Counted from the first letter of the stretch, positions 42,640 to 55,613 are shown. The stretch is DNA of 64,000 bases from Eledone cirrhosa (GCA_964016885.1 CAXHJY010001738.1:1-64000), one strand, 5' to 3'. Notes: generated by a model not told the origin, from the sequence alone. A program made the numbers and translations.

Positions 42640-42826
42640 CGAAGGAATTGTGGTAAGGAACCAGATGGACCATAACGCACCAAAGTACTCAATACTTAGG
42701 GTAGAAGAGTGGGTAATAGGAACAAGTATGACCCCGACGGCAGAGCTCAAGCCATATCGACAGCTATTTCAGTCCAGAAATAGCCGTCGAAACGGCTTGA
42801 GCTCTGCCGTCGGGGTCATACTTGTT

Positions 42827-42831
<5 letters not shown>
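42638..42831 (-). mobile_element. Fold-back truncated PLE terminus with the 3' half of a hammerhead, between TA tracts
   Basis: Arms 42716-42770 and 42777-42831 (3 mismatches). GAAAC-GGC-ttgagctct-GCC-GTC at 42789-42811 equals GAAA, stem III and a GUC triplet. Unpaired tail 42638-42715. Confidence 0.7.
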
Positions 42832-42861
<30 letters not shown>

Positions 42862-42864
<3 letters not shown>

Positions 42865-42922
42865 ATCATTATCAATACCGTTTAACGTCCATTTTCCACG
42901 CTAGCATGGGTTAGACGAGTTG
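42862..42922 (-). mobile_element. Probable 3' tail of an RTE-type LINE or SINE
   Basis: CGTTTAACGTCCATTTTCCACGCTAGCATGGGTTAGACG preceded by CAT-like repeats resembles, from recall, a common RTE-related tail in reverse orientation. Confidence 0.45.
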
Positions 42923-43126
42923 TCCTGTTGTTGTGAGATAGACCAGGTCAGGTGACCATGTCTTGCTCATTCAGAACTCAGTTGACTGAGGATTAAATAT
43001 TTCAGGGATTAAGTTAACTCCGTTCATTGAGGGTCGACTGGAAGGTGGTTAAAATACCGGAAATTAACCATGTGGATATTTCATGTGTCAAGTTATCTGG
43101 AGTTAATTACTAAATATTTGTTTGTA

Positions 43127-43211
<85 letters not shown>

Positions 43212-43249
43212 AAAGCATTTAAAATATGTTTCTAGTAAATTTTTGATAA

Positions 43250-43600
43250 AATCTTACTTTGGCGAAATAACAAATCTAAAATCATGTTTATTTCAGTACA
43301 ACTGCTTCTTGGCTCCGTTCTTATAAAGACTTTCTCTACTCGAACTCCTCTACTGAATATATTGTATTTCAGGCTACAGACGAATCATTTGTTTGACCAA
43401 AACTTGTCCATCTGGAGAAAAAGGAGGGATATAATTTTGTCGCCTCCTATGTCTGGGACCTCAAAAGGAACTCCACCCCCCTCACGCTTAAATGGAAAAT
43501 ACTCCAGAAATATTATTTGCCAAGGGCCCGCTACTGAACAAACTCTATGAACACTGCCCGAATTGCATGCACAAGAACTTTGCAACTTTCAAATACCTTA
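43250..43600 (+). pseudogene. Degenerate GIY-YIG endonuclease fragment of another PLE family
   Basis: Frame-broken peptides in the expected order: SYFGE, SYVWDLKRN, LKWKIL, LNKLYEHCPNCMHKNF (compare YIG..LS.YIW.LK..I.W.IL..LNKR.E...C.H). Confidence 0.5.
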
Positions 43601-43932
43601 AGCCAGTGTTGATGCCAGATAGCTACAAAAGATTTTCTTTTCTTTTTTTTTAACCCACTCGACAAAATACTCAAACTCCTTCCCACCCTACCCCTACCCT
43701 CTCTCGACCCGAAACACGGCACTATGGTTATGTAAGTACTTCTTACCTATCTGCTTTTTCCACATGTAGAGCGTACTTCATTTTTATACATGTACGTGTG
43801 TGTATATGTGTATATTTATGAGTGTATGTATGTACGTATTTGTATGAGTGGCTGTATGTATGTATACGTATGTTTGTGTGTATGTGCATATGTATGTGCA
43901 TATGTATGTATATGCGTATGTGTGTATATTTG

Positions 43933-43971
<39 letters not shown>

Positions 43972-43972
43972 C

Positions 43973-44026
43973 TGTTAGAACACGAAAAGTGTGAAACACA
44001 GAATGTTCACTTTTCGTGTTCTAACA
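43973..44026. repeat. Perfect 19-bp inverted repeat next to a TA tract
   Basis: TGTTAGAACACGAAAAGTG / CACTTTTCGTGTTCTAACA with a 16-nt loop. Confidence 0.9.
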
Positions 44027-44718
44027 TATATGCCTAGCTTCTTTAAAAATTTTTCGGGGATAGCCGTGGTGGTGGTGATCGTATGTCATTGGCTAATTTT
44101 CAACCAATCAGAGTACCTCTCTCTATATCTCTTCCACTGTTACTTACGCCTGTTTCTCTCTATCTGTTCCGTCTCTATATATATATCTCCTACTCTTTCG
44201 CTTTGCACTCCTCCCCTTCAATACCATCTCTCCCCCTCTCTATATATTTGTTACTCTATCGCTGCACGCTCCTCTCCTTCAATATATCAATTACACACGC
44301 TTTACACTCCTTTATCCCCAGCGCCCCTATATATACACCCCCTCTCCCGCATCTATATTTTAATGTACCGTTGCACCGTGAATATATGTGTCTATATATA
44401 TATATATACATATATATTGTATATACACATTCATGTATGTGTATACACATTCATGTATGTATATACACTGGTTTTATGTGTGTATTGTAAATTTGTACTG
44501 TTAAAACACGAAACTAACATTCGATTGACACTTTGATTACCTGTACAGGCAATAGTTATTAGAATGCTGTTGAAGTGTGTATATATTTTTGGGGGACATC
44601 CTGTATATACACACATTATATATAATACAATAAACAGATAAATACACACATATATATATGAGCTTATTTAATTATAAATATTGTGAATTTTTAACTCAGT
44701 TCAATTATATATATAAAT

Positions 44719-44763
44719 GGCTTCTACAGGACTAGAACTGTTTCATTCGAAAGAAATCATCAT
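44719..44763 (-). ncRNA. Degenerate hammerhead motif, same family as 57921 and 60414
   Basis: Reverse complement reads aTGATGA-tttctttcgaat-GAAACAG-ttctagtc-CTGTA-gaagcc. C3 and the 5' strand of stem I are lost. Confidence 0.6.
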
Positions 44764-44965
44764 AATATTGAGAGGGGGGACTAGATAAAATATTTCAAAT
44801 CAAATGTGTATAAGTTATAAGTTAAAATGTATAAATAGAGACGATAGTGGAGGTATATCTGTTTAGTGGAACAGTAGACGATAGAATTAAATACAGACGA
44901 GAATCTCCCTTTAATGAAACAGCAGACGATAGAATTAAGGCAATTTAAATTTTAAGCATTTGCAT

Positions 44966-45009
44966 TTTTGCCTTTCATCGTTACGGGGTCGATAAAATAA
45001 AGTACCAGT
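44966..45009 (+). mobile_element. SINE central-domain fragment
   Basis: TTTTGCCTTTCATCGTTACGGGGTCGATAAAATAAAGTACCAGT, related to 45925-45962. Confidence 0.6.
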
Positions 45010-45374
45010 AATACACTGTCACTAGACGACTTTCAAATTGAATTGTTGGTTCCATTTCTTTAGTATTTTCAATTGTAGTTATCTACTTAAAAAGCGTTAC
45101 ACGGTTAGAGACATAATTCGTAAGTTATATCTTCCCTATTAAACCATTGCATTATTTCGCCTACAATAGAACAAAAATGAAATGTTCTTTAAAGAAACAG
45201 GAATATAACTTTATAAAAAAAAAAGTTGCATCCGCTTCTTTTATCATTGATAATTTTTTCGTTTTAATATTAATTGTTTTTTGTAGTTGTTTATATTAAA
45301 AATCTTACTGTAATATTTACTTAAACGAAGGCAAACATCTAAACTTATAGATTAATCTTGAGCGAAGGACTAGA

Positions 45375-45445
<71 letters not shown>

Positions 45446-45824
45446 GAAGAATGATAAAATTTCAAGCAAAGAGTTTAATTAGGTATATTTTGTAATATTA
45501 TTAACTAATTATTATAATTAACGCGCATATTTTGCTATCCTCAAACACGTTTACACATGGCATGAAATATAACTAATCCGAGATGGCTAGGTTTCATCTT
45601 CTAACTGGATATACGAAATCCATTATGTCTTGACAACAACATGAGGTAACATTATGTTATTCACAGACACACTTTGTACACTGTTCCATATCAGAATGTA
45701 TTTCCTTCGTCACATTCACAAACAGTATTGAAAATATGTTCTTCGGCAAATAAAAATGTTTTGTTCATAATATTTCAACTAGCGATTGCTCTACTCCACG
45801 CACGACCACCATAAATTAATGACC

Positions 45825-45962
45825 AGCTCAACACAAGTATTGGTAGAGCGTCAGACACCATGCTTTGCAGTATTGTTATGGTCCTTTGCATTCTAAGTTC
45901 AAATCCTGCCGAGGTTAACTTCGACTTTCATACTTACTAATTCGATAAAATAAAGTACCAGT
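45825..45962 (+). mobile_element. tRNA-derived SINE, diverged
   Basis: A-box-like TGGTAGAGCG (45841), B box GTTCAAATCC (45897-45906), then CTTTCAT...TCGATAAAATAAAGTACCAGT. Confidence 0.65.
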
Positions 45963-46559
45963 AATGGACTGCCGTAATGGATTTGTGCCGAAAAATAGAA
46001 ACACTATTAATGTGCAATAAGAGCAAAATATAACGACATTGCTCAATTATTTTATCTAATGTTGTAATAACACAAGGAAATGTTGTTTGTGTATTTTTTT
46101 TTATATTTGCTCATAGGCTTTTACAATTTCGCTCAGCCAACAACTATTAAAAAGTGAGTTGCTTAAGATAACAATTTAATCACAAATTGTTGCTATCTTT
46201 TAATACACTCCAACAAGTCATCAAATTATGTACAATAAAAACAAATCTTATTAATTTGCTCAGGGAATATAAAGAAAATGTATATACACTGATAATTGCA
46301 AATGTATGTAAATATTTTGTTTTTGTATTGTATATTTTATGTTTTCTATTATGTATAATATATTGATTTAATATTGATTGTTTTTTGTAGTTGTTTATAT
46401 TAAAAGTCTGAAAATATTTTTATACATCTTACACTAATATTTATAAGATAATTTATAATAACAATTACATAATCTAATTACATTACAACGATAATTTATT
46501 ATTAATATATATCCTGTTTAACTAGAGTTATTACAAGCGTTGCCTTAAAAAAATATTAA

Positions 46560-47516
46560 ACTAGACATGAAAAATGCGCAAGCTCAAAAGTGCCACAGAT
46601 TGTTATAATAAACCTTCAAAAGTGTGGGACTAGAGTTGTTGCTAAAAAATATTGTAATCATTATATATCGTACATTCTGTGGCATCCTTTATAAAAATAG
46701 CTTAAACCAACGAAGCCTTTATTTTTACGCTATTTCACTTAGTTAATTCTTAGAGTGTAACATATAAAAATAAATACATCTATGTTTAATGTAATAACAG
46801 CTATAAATAATTACGTAATATTATTATCATATACTCATAGTAACAAAATAATTGTGTTGAAACTTAATATGATGCTTATATGAACGATCAAATCTATAAT
46901 GATAATTTCTTAAATATACTAATAGTAAAATAATTTAGTTATCTATTGTTACATTTTCATAGAACTATAATATTAACAATCGTATTGCATTATCAAATTT
47001 TTATCACTACAAACTTTCATATTGGAATTACCTTAAGCCACTTATTATTACTTCGCTTTCGTACTTTTACAGCTGTAGATATTGCGCTGTATCTTATATC
47101 TAATATCAATATCTCGTGGTAATTTGCATGAAGTGTAAAATAGGTTTATTAATAACTTTAATATGAAATGTATTATACAGGGCTGCGGAGTCGGTCAAAA
47201 ATTGACTGGCTCCAACTCAGGATCCGATACTCCATTATTTCCTAAATTTCAGCTCCGCAGCTCTGTTATTATATTAATTAATTTATTTTATAGTTGTAAA
47301 TCATATTTTTATATGTTACACTCTAAGAATTAACTAAGTGAAATAGCGTAAAAATAAAGGCTTCGTTGGTTTAAGCTATTTTTATAAAGGATGCCACAGA
47401 ATGTACGATATATAATGATTACAATATTTTTTAGCAACAACTCTAGTCCCACACTTTTGAAGGTTTATTATAACATTCTGTGGCACTTTTGAGCTTGCGC
47501 ATTTTTCATGTCTAGT
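46560..47516. mobile_element. Fold-back element with 213-bp inverted arms ending ACTAG/CTAGT
   Basis: 46560-46772 is the reverse complement of 47304-47516 (one mismatch seen). No TSD; right end abuts TA repeats. Confidence 0.85.
47178..47265. mobile_element. 88-bp hAT-type MITE
   Basis: TIR CAGGGCTGCGGAG / CTCCGCAGCTCTG; flanking 8-mers GTATTATA / TTATTATA (7 of 8 match). Confidence 0.7.
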
Positions 47517-47624
47517 ATATATATGTGTATGTATATATTTATATATTTATATATATATATATATATGGGTGTGTGTGTGTGTTTGTGTTTGTATGTGTCT
47601 ATATATGTATATATATAAGCTCTT

Positions 47625-48266
47625 GTGCTTAAGCAAAGACTCCGTTGGAGTGGTCACCTTGCCAGGATGAAGGATTCTAGAATACCAAAACAACTCTTTT
47701 ATGGAGAGTTGATTAAAGGAAAACGACCGCCACATAAACCAAAAAAGAGGTATAAGGGTTCCTTGAAAGCCTCTCTGAAAGACGCTAACATCTCTGCTGA
47801 TACATGGGAGAATATTGCTGCTGATCGTAATAAATGGAGAAAGACTATATATGAGGGAAAAGTTGCCTTTGAGGCATCTCGAATCGCATACGAGAAAGTA
47901 AAGCGGAATGTGAGGAAGGGCATTGCTGTTGCACTTCCAGACGGCGAGGGTCCTCCTATGGTGCTGACATGCAGCGTCTGTGCGAGACTCTGCCTAAGCA
48001 AAGCTGGACTCGAAAGTCATCTTCGCAGTCATAAAGTAAGACCAGTGGTTGACTACCAGGCTGCTGTTGGAGATGCTACTCATCATGCTTGCCAAGCATG
48101 TGGTAGAGAATGTAAATCAGCAGGAGGGCTCAAGCGACATGCAAAAGTACACGAACTCCAACCACAGCCGACTATTCCCAGTGAATGTTTTGGTTGCCGA
48201 CTCTGTGCAAGACATTTTAGATCATTGGCTGGGCTAAAAAGCCACATTCGATCGCACCGCTGTTAG
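47625..48266 (+). mobile_element. 5'-truncated RTE-clade LINE: post-RT region and three C2H2 zinc fingers
   Basis: LRWSGHLARMKDSRIPKQLFYGEL..GKR...PKKRY and WE..A.DR.KWR motifs; fingers CSVC..HLRSH, CQAC..HAKVH, CRLC..HIRSH. Ends in (GT)n; no true start codon. Confidence 0.88.
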
Positions 48267-48395
48267 TTGCTATCGTGTGTGTGTGTGTGTGTGTAGATAT
48301 GTTTATGTGTGTGCGTGTATGTGTATATTATTATTGTTGTTGTTGTTGTCGTTATTATTATTGTTGTTATTGTTATTATTATTATGATTATTGTT

Positions 48396-48829
48396 CTTTG
48401 AGTCTCAGTCATTGATGTTATTTAACTGGAAAGTTTGTTCAAATGAATATCAAGCCACTACCTGCAGCCTCAGATATTCAGGACGTATCGGAGGGTTCTT
48501 GCTGTTCCCAGCAAGCATGCCTTTTGAAGTGTTCCAAAAAGCGGGGTTGGACTAATCTTCTTTAACCATCCTTGGAAACTCTTTGAGATAGTACCTAGTG
48601 CGCCTATGACAATCGGGACCACTTTGACTTCATGGCAGTTCCAAATCCTTTTTAGCTCCCACTTTAAGTCCTGGTATCGGTTAATTTTCTCCCTCTCCTT
48701 CTCTTGCACTCTCGTGTCGAATGGGCAGGCCACATCCACAATCAGGCACAATCTTTTTTCCTTGTCCACAACCACCAGGTCAGGTCTATTGTGTTCCAGT
48801 TTCTTGTCCGTCTGTATCCTAAAATCCCA

Positions 48830-48830
<1 letters not shown>
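48396..48830 (-). mobile_element. 5'-truncated R4/Dong-clade LINE, restriction-like endonuclease domain, in a (TAA)n tract
   Basis: [58 protein letters not shown] (PD..D RLE motif); stop at 48470; TTA repeats on both flanks, the known Dong target. Confidence 0.9.
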
Positions 48831-48872
<42 letters not shown>

Positions 48873-48924
48873 GGTTTATTTTTCTCGTGCAATGGCTATA
48901 CTCGATAATGAGGGGGAAGCCACC

Positions 48925-48958
<34 letters not shown>

Positions 48959-48959
48959 T

Positions 48960-49020
<61 letters not shown>

Positions 49021-49091
49021 TTGTTTGTGTATGTTTATACTTGTGTATATGTCTATGTGTACGTATGTATTTGTATGTATGTACGTGTATG

Positions 49092-49196
<105 letters not shown>

Positions 49197-49265
49197 AAAA
49201 AGAGATGAAATCGAAAATGCAACTGAAGTCTTATTTTTTTTTTAAATATATATATTTATTTGGTT

Positions 49266-49303
49266 CCTTTATCGGTTTCGCAGTTCTTCTGCTTTTCAAA
49301 AGG
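49266..49303 (-). ncRNA. Hammerhead in the inverted pLTR (stem III G to A change)
   Basis: Reverse complement CCTT-TTGAAAA-GCAG-aagaa-CTGC-GAAAC-CG-ATA-AAGG. Confidence 0.65.
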
Positions 49304-49811
49304 TGAGTTGAGATGGAGGGTCTGTGGTTTTTCTCACATCTGGTTGGTCTCTGAATGTTACTTGGTTTATATGGAAAAAGTGGCTCGAAATTCCAGGTTT
49401 TTCGAGAAGTAATTTGATTGGTTTGTCAATAATTATAATAAATTTCGCGCCAGTTCGCGTTACAATAGTTCTTCAAATAAGAGAGGGGGGGGTTGTCACA
49501 GGTTGTTTTTTCATATATGAGTGTTTGAATTTCTTTTTACTTGAAAAAAGGAGGCTCACGAAGGCTTTTTTTTGGTTGGTTATAAATGAAATTTGGCTGT
49601 CACGTGAACAAGATTTTATTACATTTTTGCGCCCTTATTTGGAAAACTATTCTGTAGTCTTTATAGTGAATGTTATGACAATGGAGAGATAGTGGTCAAG
49701 AGAAAAGGGATTGGGAGAAATGTTCTGGTTCAGTGAATATGGCCAGCTCGCCCGGGTGTCAGAGTTCAGATTTTCTATTGAGACTGAAGATATGTATGTT
49801 TATTTGTGTGC

Positions 49812-49865
<54 letters not shown>

Positions 49866-49900
49866 TGGAAGATGTGTGTGTGTGTGTGTGTGTGTGTATG

Positions 49901-51790
49901 TGGACATTGTAATTAAGGAAGCGGACAAGGAAAGTACTGTTGTCATTATGGAGGCTGAAAAATATAAAAATTCTATGTTCTCTCTCTTACAAAATACTAA
50001 TTACTATGAAAGAGTAAAAAACTACCAGCAATCAAAAATAATGACCAAATTAAACACACTGATTTATCGATACCAGGAAGACCTAACTAAAAAGGAACGC
50101 GATTATTTAACAAATTTTGAATACAAAACCAGCAACCTTTACGGACTTCCGAAGATCCACAAGTGTAAAATAATGAACGATGCCTGTAAACAATCCACCT
50201 CAGCCTGCGTGAACACACAATACCCCACAGACCTTAAATTAAGACCAATTGTAGCGGGCCCACAATGTGAAACACACAGATTGAGCAACTTTATAGACAT
50301 ACTACTGAAACCAATACTGAAACACATACCAAGCCTTGTAAGAGACGATCTGGACCTCTTAAACCACCTCCCCAAACATGTCAACAACGACACTATTATT
50401 GTGTCTTTCGATGTAGTGAATCTCTACACAACGATCCCACACCAATACGGACTAGAAGCAATAGGATTCTGGCTAGAGAAATATCCCAATGAGATACCTG
50501 ACAGAATAGAAAAAAGCTTCATCACCGAGGGATTAAAATTCATCCTACAGAACAACTTTTTTGATTTCGATGGCAATACTTACAAGCAAATATCGGGGAC
50601 TGCGATGGGCACAAAAGCCGCTCCAACTTATGCCAACTTAGTCATGGCATACTTAGAAGTCCAGATATATGAACAGTCCAAATCAAAATACGGATTGAAC
50701 TTCCACAAATATTTATCAGAGAATTGGAAACGCTACTTGGATGATTGCCTCATTCTTTGGTCCCACACACTCGACCAACTGAAGGATTTCAAAAACTTAA
50801 TAAACGGCATCAATAACCACATCCAATTCACAATGGAATACAGCCAAGATCAACTCCCATTTCTGGACATCTTAATCACAAAAAAAGACACAAATATCGA
50901 AACTGACATACACTACAAACCAACAGATTCCAAACAATATCTGCTATTCACCTCCAACCATCCAAAGCACACGAAGACGAACATTCCTTTTAACCTAGCA
51001 AGAAGAATTTGCACAATTGTCTCCAATTATGAAACGCGAAATAAAAGACTTCAAGAATTAAAGGAAATTCTACTTGAGAGAGAGTACCCACTATTACTAA
51101 TAAATAATGGAATAGAAAGGGCTAAAGCAATAGGCATTGATGAATTACGGAAACAGAAACAAATTCAAGGTACGTCCAATATTCTATCATATATCTCAAC
51201 ACACAACCCAAGAAATGCGGAAGCTTACAACACTATTCACAATAACATCCCACTACTAAAACAAAACCCAAGAATGAAAAAAGCCCTTGAAACACACAAA
51301 ATAATCAAAAGCAAAAGACAACCAAAATCACTGAAAACATTACTCACCAATGCCAAATTACCTACCACAAACCCACAACCAAGTATCAAAAAATGTGGTC
51401 GCTCTAATTGTGGAACCTGCACTCACCTCATTGAAGGCAACACGTATACATTTAAATCAGGACAAAATTTTACTGTAAAAAAATCACTTCACTTGCTCAT
51501 CAAAAAATCTAATTTATGCCATTAAATGTAAAGGATGCAATGAAGATTATATAGGACAAACTAAACTCACACTCAGAAACAGAATGACAGTTCATCGCCA
51601 ACAATTACGAGATCCAACCACGAGACAGATACCACTAAGTGCACATCTAGACATTTGCGCAAGTAATAAGACATCCAAATTCCAAGTCTTCCCATTTTAC
51701 CTTTGCGCTAACAATACAACAGAACAAATGCGAATAAATAAGGAAAATATGTTTATTCAAAAATATAGACCAACATTAAATAAGGTTTAA
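49901..51790 (+). pseudogene. PLE reverse transcriptase and GIY-YIG endonuclease, 5'-truncated, one +1 frameshift
   Basis: DIVIKEADK, LRPIV, SFDVVNLYT, GTAMGTKAAPTYAN, RYLDD, LPFLDI; CxxC linker; LIYAIKC..YIGQT follows a 7-A run near 51477-51483 that has 6 A (in frame) in the copy near 63386. Confidence 0.93.
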
Positions 51791-52839
51791 TATACATTAT
51801 GTCAACACCACAATATGACATACACACACACACATAACACCTTCTACTTTAGAAAATAAAAACCCGAACTAAATAAACCTTAACATACGTTTGCACTGGC
51901 AATACAACAGCAAACACGAAAAAGTAAGGAAAATATGTTCATTCAAAAATATTCCTACTAAAGGAATCACTTTCCTACACACACACATACACACACACAC
52001 AATATATATATATATATATATATATTCTCTTCATCTTAACATGCTAACCATACTCCCACACACATAACACCCATATACACACATAACAACCCCCACACCT
52101 ACAACTCCCTCCCCATTTCTACTAATAGAACCACTTTCCTACACACATATATATATGCACACACACAAAATATATATTCTCTCCATCTTAACATACTCGC
52201 ACACACACACATAACACCCATATACACACACACACAACTCCCTCCCCCATCTCTACTAATAGAATCATCTTCCAATACACACATACACACACACACACAC
52301 ACACACATACACACACACAAGCACACAAATAAACATACATATCTTCAGTCTCAATAGAAAATCTGAACTCTGACACCCCGGCGAGCTGGCCATATTCACT
52401 GAACCAGAACATTTCTCCCAATCCCTTTTCTCTTGACCACTATCTCTCCATTGTCATAACATTCACTATAAAGACTACAGAATAGTTTTCCAAATAAGGG
52501 CGCAAAAATGTAATAAAAACTTGTTCAGGTGACAGGCAAATTTCATTTATAACCAACCCCAAAAAAGCCTTCGTGAGCCTCCTTTTTTCAAGTAAAAAGA
52601 AATTCGAACACTCATATATGAAAAAACAACCTGTGACAACCCCCCCCCCCCCCCTCTCTCTCTTATTTGAAGAACTATTGTAACGCGAACTGGCGCGAAA
52701 TTTATTATAATTATTGACAAACCAATCAAATTACTTCTCGAAAAACCTGGAATTTCGAGCCACTTTTTCCATATAAAACAAGTAACATTCAGAGACCAAC
52801 CAGATGTGAGAAAAACCACAGACCCTCCATCTCAACTCA

Positions 52840-52877
52840 CCTTTTGAAAAGCAGAAGAACTGCGAAACCGGTAAAGG
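52840..52877 (+). ncRNA. Minimal type I hammerhead ribozyme in the pLTR, U3-A8 core variant
   Basis: CCTT / TTGAAAA / GCAG-aagaa-CTGC / GAAAC-CG-GTA / AAGG; palindromic ACCGGT in stem III. Confidence 0.85.
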
Positions 52878-53008
52878 AACCAAATAAATATATATATTTT
52901 AAAAAAAAATAAGACTTCAGTTGCATTTTCGATTTCATCTCTTTTTCTTTATACTTTCACTCGTGTAGGACACCTCGGTTATTTTTCATTTTGTAAAAAA
53001 AACCTCAC

Positions 53009-53044
<36 letters not shown>

Positions 53045-53046
<2 letters not shown>

Positions 53047-53304
53047 CGTTTCTGAATTTGTTTCGCAAGATTCTTTATCGGAAAACGTGTGTTGAAACCG
53101 ATATTGTTATACTTAGGGAGGGTCATGTTGCCAATAAGAAACACACGCACCAGTTGCTTTCACTTCAATTTATTATAATAAATTTATAAATTTAGGAATT
53201 TATAAATCATCTGGCTGTGGAACCAACCAACCAACCAAAATAAATTGAAGTGATAGCAACTGGTGCGTGTGTTTCTTATTGGCAACATGACCCTCCCAAA
53301 GTAT

Positions 53305-53312
<8 letters not shown>
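53045..53312 (-). mobile_element. Fold-back insertion between TA tracts
   Basis: 74-bp arms 53101-53174 and 53239-53312 (2 mismatches); unpaired tail 53045-53100. Confidence 0.7.
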
Positions 53313-53385
<73 letters not shown>

Positions 53386-53540
53386 CGTGTGTGCGTGTGT
53401 GTATATGTGTATATGTGTATGTATATGTGTATATATATGTGTGTGTGTGTGTATGTATATATACATGTATATATATGTATGCGTATACACATATAAATAT
53501 ATATATGTATATATATATATATAACAAAGGACAAAGGACA

Positions 53541-53587
53541 GAAATAGCCGTCGAAACTGCTTGAGCTCTGCTGTCGGGGTCATACTT

Positions 53588-53591
<4 letters not shown>
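53541..53591 (+). mobile_element. Second copy of the 42777-42831 PLE terminus fragment
   Basis: GAAATAGCCGTCGAAACTGCTTGAGCTCTGCTGTCGGGGTCATACTT, flanked by TA repeats. Confidence 0.75.
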
Positions 53592-53656
<65 letters not shown>

Positions 53657-53734
53657 TATATACATATATATATGTATATATATATATTTATATGTGTATG
53701 TAAGTGAATGTATGTGTGTATGTGTATATATATC

Positions 53735-53758
53735 CTAAACCGACGGTAGTCGGTTTAG
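53735..53758. other. Perfect 10-bp hairpin, possible Helentron-like subterminal palindrome
   Basis: CTAAACCGAC-ggta-GTCGGTTTAG right after a TA/TG tract. Confidence 0.5.
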
Positions 53759-54033
53759 TAATATTGTTGTCTTAGTGATTTCGTTGGCAATCGTCTCTTT
53801 ACAGCATTATTAGAATGTCTTCCGATTATCAAAATCACATGAAAGTTATATGAGCATGGAGAGTAAATCATTGCACATCTCTTAAGCTAAAAATCTCGAA
53901 ATTTCGTTCAGCACAAAAAAAGTTATGATCAAAGTTTGCTGAAAAAAACTGTGTTCAAGTGAGTAAGTGAGTGAGTAAGGGTGACGCTCTGTGCATTTGA
54001 TGCATCTCTTGGGACCGGTCAGAGGAGGATAAG

Positions 54034-54652
54034 GGGTTATTCGGGGTGCGGCGCTTATTCGAACCCTCCCCCAGTGACTGCGATTATTCGGGGTGAGACG
54101 CTTATTCGAACCCCCCCCCCCCCCGCTTATTCGAACCCTCCCCCCAGTGACTGCGATTATTCGGGGTGCGGCGCTTATTCGAACCCTCCCCCCAGTGACT
54201 GCGGTTATTCGGGGTGCGGCGCTTATTCGAACCCTCCCCCCAGTGACTGCGGTTATTCGGGGTGCGGCGCTTATTCGAACCCTCCCCCCAGTGACTGCGA
54301 TTATTCGGGGTGCGGCGCTTATTCGAACCCTCCCCCCAGTGACTGCGGTTATTCGGGGTGCGGCGCTTATTCGAACCCTCCCCCCAGTGACTGCGATTAT
54401 TCGGGGTGCGGCGCTTATTCGACCCCCCCCCCCCCCCCCACAGTGACTGCGGTTATTCGGGGTGCGGCGCTTATTCGAACCCCCCCCCCCCACAGTGACT
54501 GCGATTATTCGGGGTGAGGCGCTTATTCGAACCCTCCCCCAGTGACTGCTGTTATTTGGGGTGAGGGTCTTATTCGAACCCCCCCTAGTGACTGCGGTTA
54601 TTCGGGGTGCGGTGGTTATTTGAACCCCCCCCCCCCAGTGACTGCGGTTATT
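54034..54652. repeat. GC-rich 48-bp minisatellite, about 12-13 units
   Basis: Unit GCTTATTCGAACCCTCCCCCCAGTGACTGCGGTTATTCGGGGTGCGGC with a variable C-run. Confidence 0.95.
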
Positions 54653-54977
54653 TTTTTGAATTTGAATTTTAAATGTTGATACAATGTGGCAGTAAACATT
54701 AATCATTGAGCTAATTAGGAGCTATTATGTTCTCCTATCTCGCGATAAGTGGTCACACGTTGCAAACTAGTTGAGGTTGTCTTCTATTTATATTCAAATG
54801 AGTAATCACTCACTGCATTGTTCTCTTTCAAAGCAGTCGCTGATTGATATACTAGAAATTCAGAAAATCATTTGGATTTGTACTAATAGTTGTGAATAGT
54901 TGTGCTATTTTTTGTACCGATAGGTGCGAGTAGTGAACTCATTTGCGATAGGTGCGAATAGTGTGCTCATTTGACAT

Positions 54978-55613
54978 ATGAAAATGACGTCTCTCGGCTT
55001 TTTTATCGGCTTATTTATTTTGACTATTACAAATGAAAAATTTGTTTCCCTGCAAAAGTCTCGCCAAAATGGTCGCAAAAAAAATCGCAAAAGGTCACTT
55101 CATACGTTTCGCGGCTTTCGAAAAAAGTCACCATATACGTTTCGCGGCTTTTTGATCGGCTTATTACTTTTTTGCCTGGCGCGAAAATGCAATATTTCCA
55201 TTTCGAATGAAACAATTCCACAATCGGGCAATTCGAATGATGAAATTCACATTCAGGCGGCTTTTTACAAATCCAATAAACGAATTTACCCGATTTCCAA
55301 TCAGAAATATAGAACACGTGCACTGATCTTATCATTGCTTATTATCGGTTGTGTTGAATTAAATCCTGGACCTGAATTTGAATTCAATGAGACTGATAGT
55401 GCTTCCGAATGTCCCAAAGATCAAAAAATTCATAAAGAGAATGAAAAACGGAGAAAAAATGCCATTAGGAATAGGGAGTATAAAAAACGGAAAGCTGCTG
55501 AAATAAAAGAAAAAAGACAATCAGAACAAGCAAAACATATGAATAATGCATATACCAAAAAGCGCGTGAAGAAAATACAAAAATCCAAAAAAAATTATCA
55601 TGTGAAAAATTGA
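54978..55613 (+). other. ORF with a 2A-like VELNPGP motif, probable transposon-derived N-terminal fragment
   Basis: LILSLLIIGCVELNPGP followed by a basic, coiled-coil-like segment that runs into a tandem repeat. Confidence 0.4.

Noticed and set aside
42729-42740. TGACCCCGACG as a tRNA-Trp fragment or PBS
   Set aside because: No TGG and no adjacent LTR; it is explained as the stem I/III region of the PLE hammerhead fragment.
49711-49900. N-terminal extension of the 604-aa RT ORF
   Set aside because: Read-through of the inverted pLTR and a (GT)n tract; real homology starts at DIVIKEADK.
53882-54706. ORFs with 16-aa repeats on both strands
   Set aside because: Product of the 48-bp minisatellite; C-run length changes break the frames.
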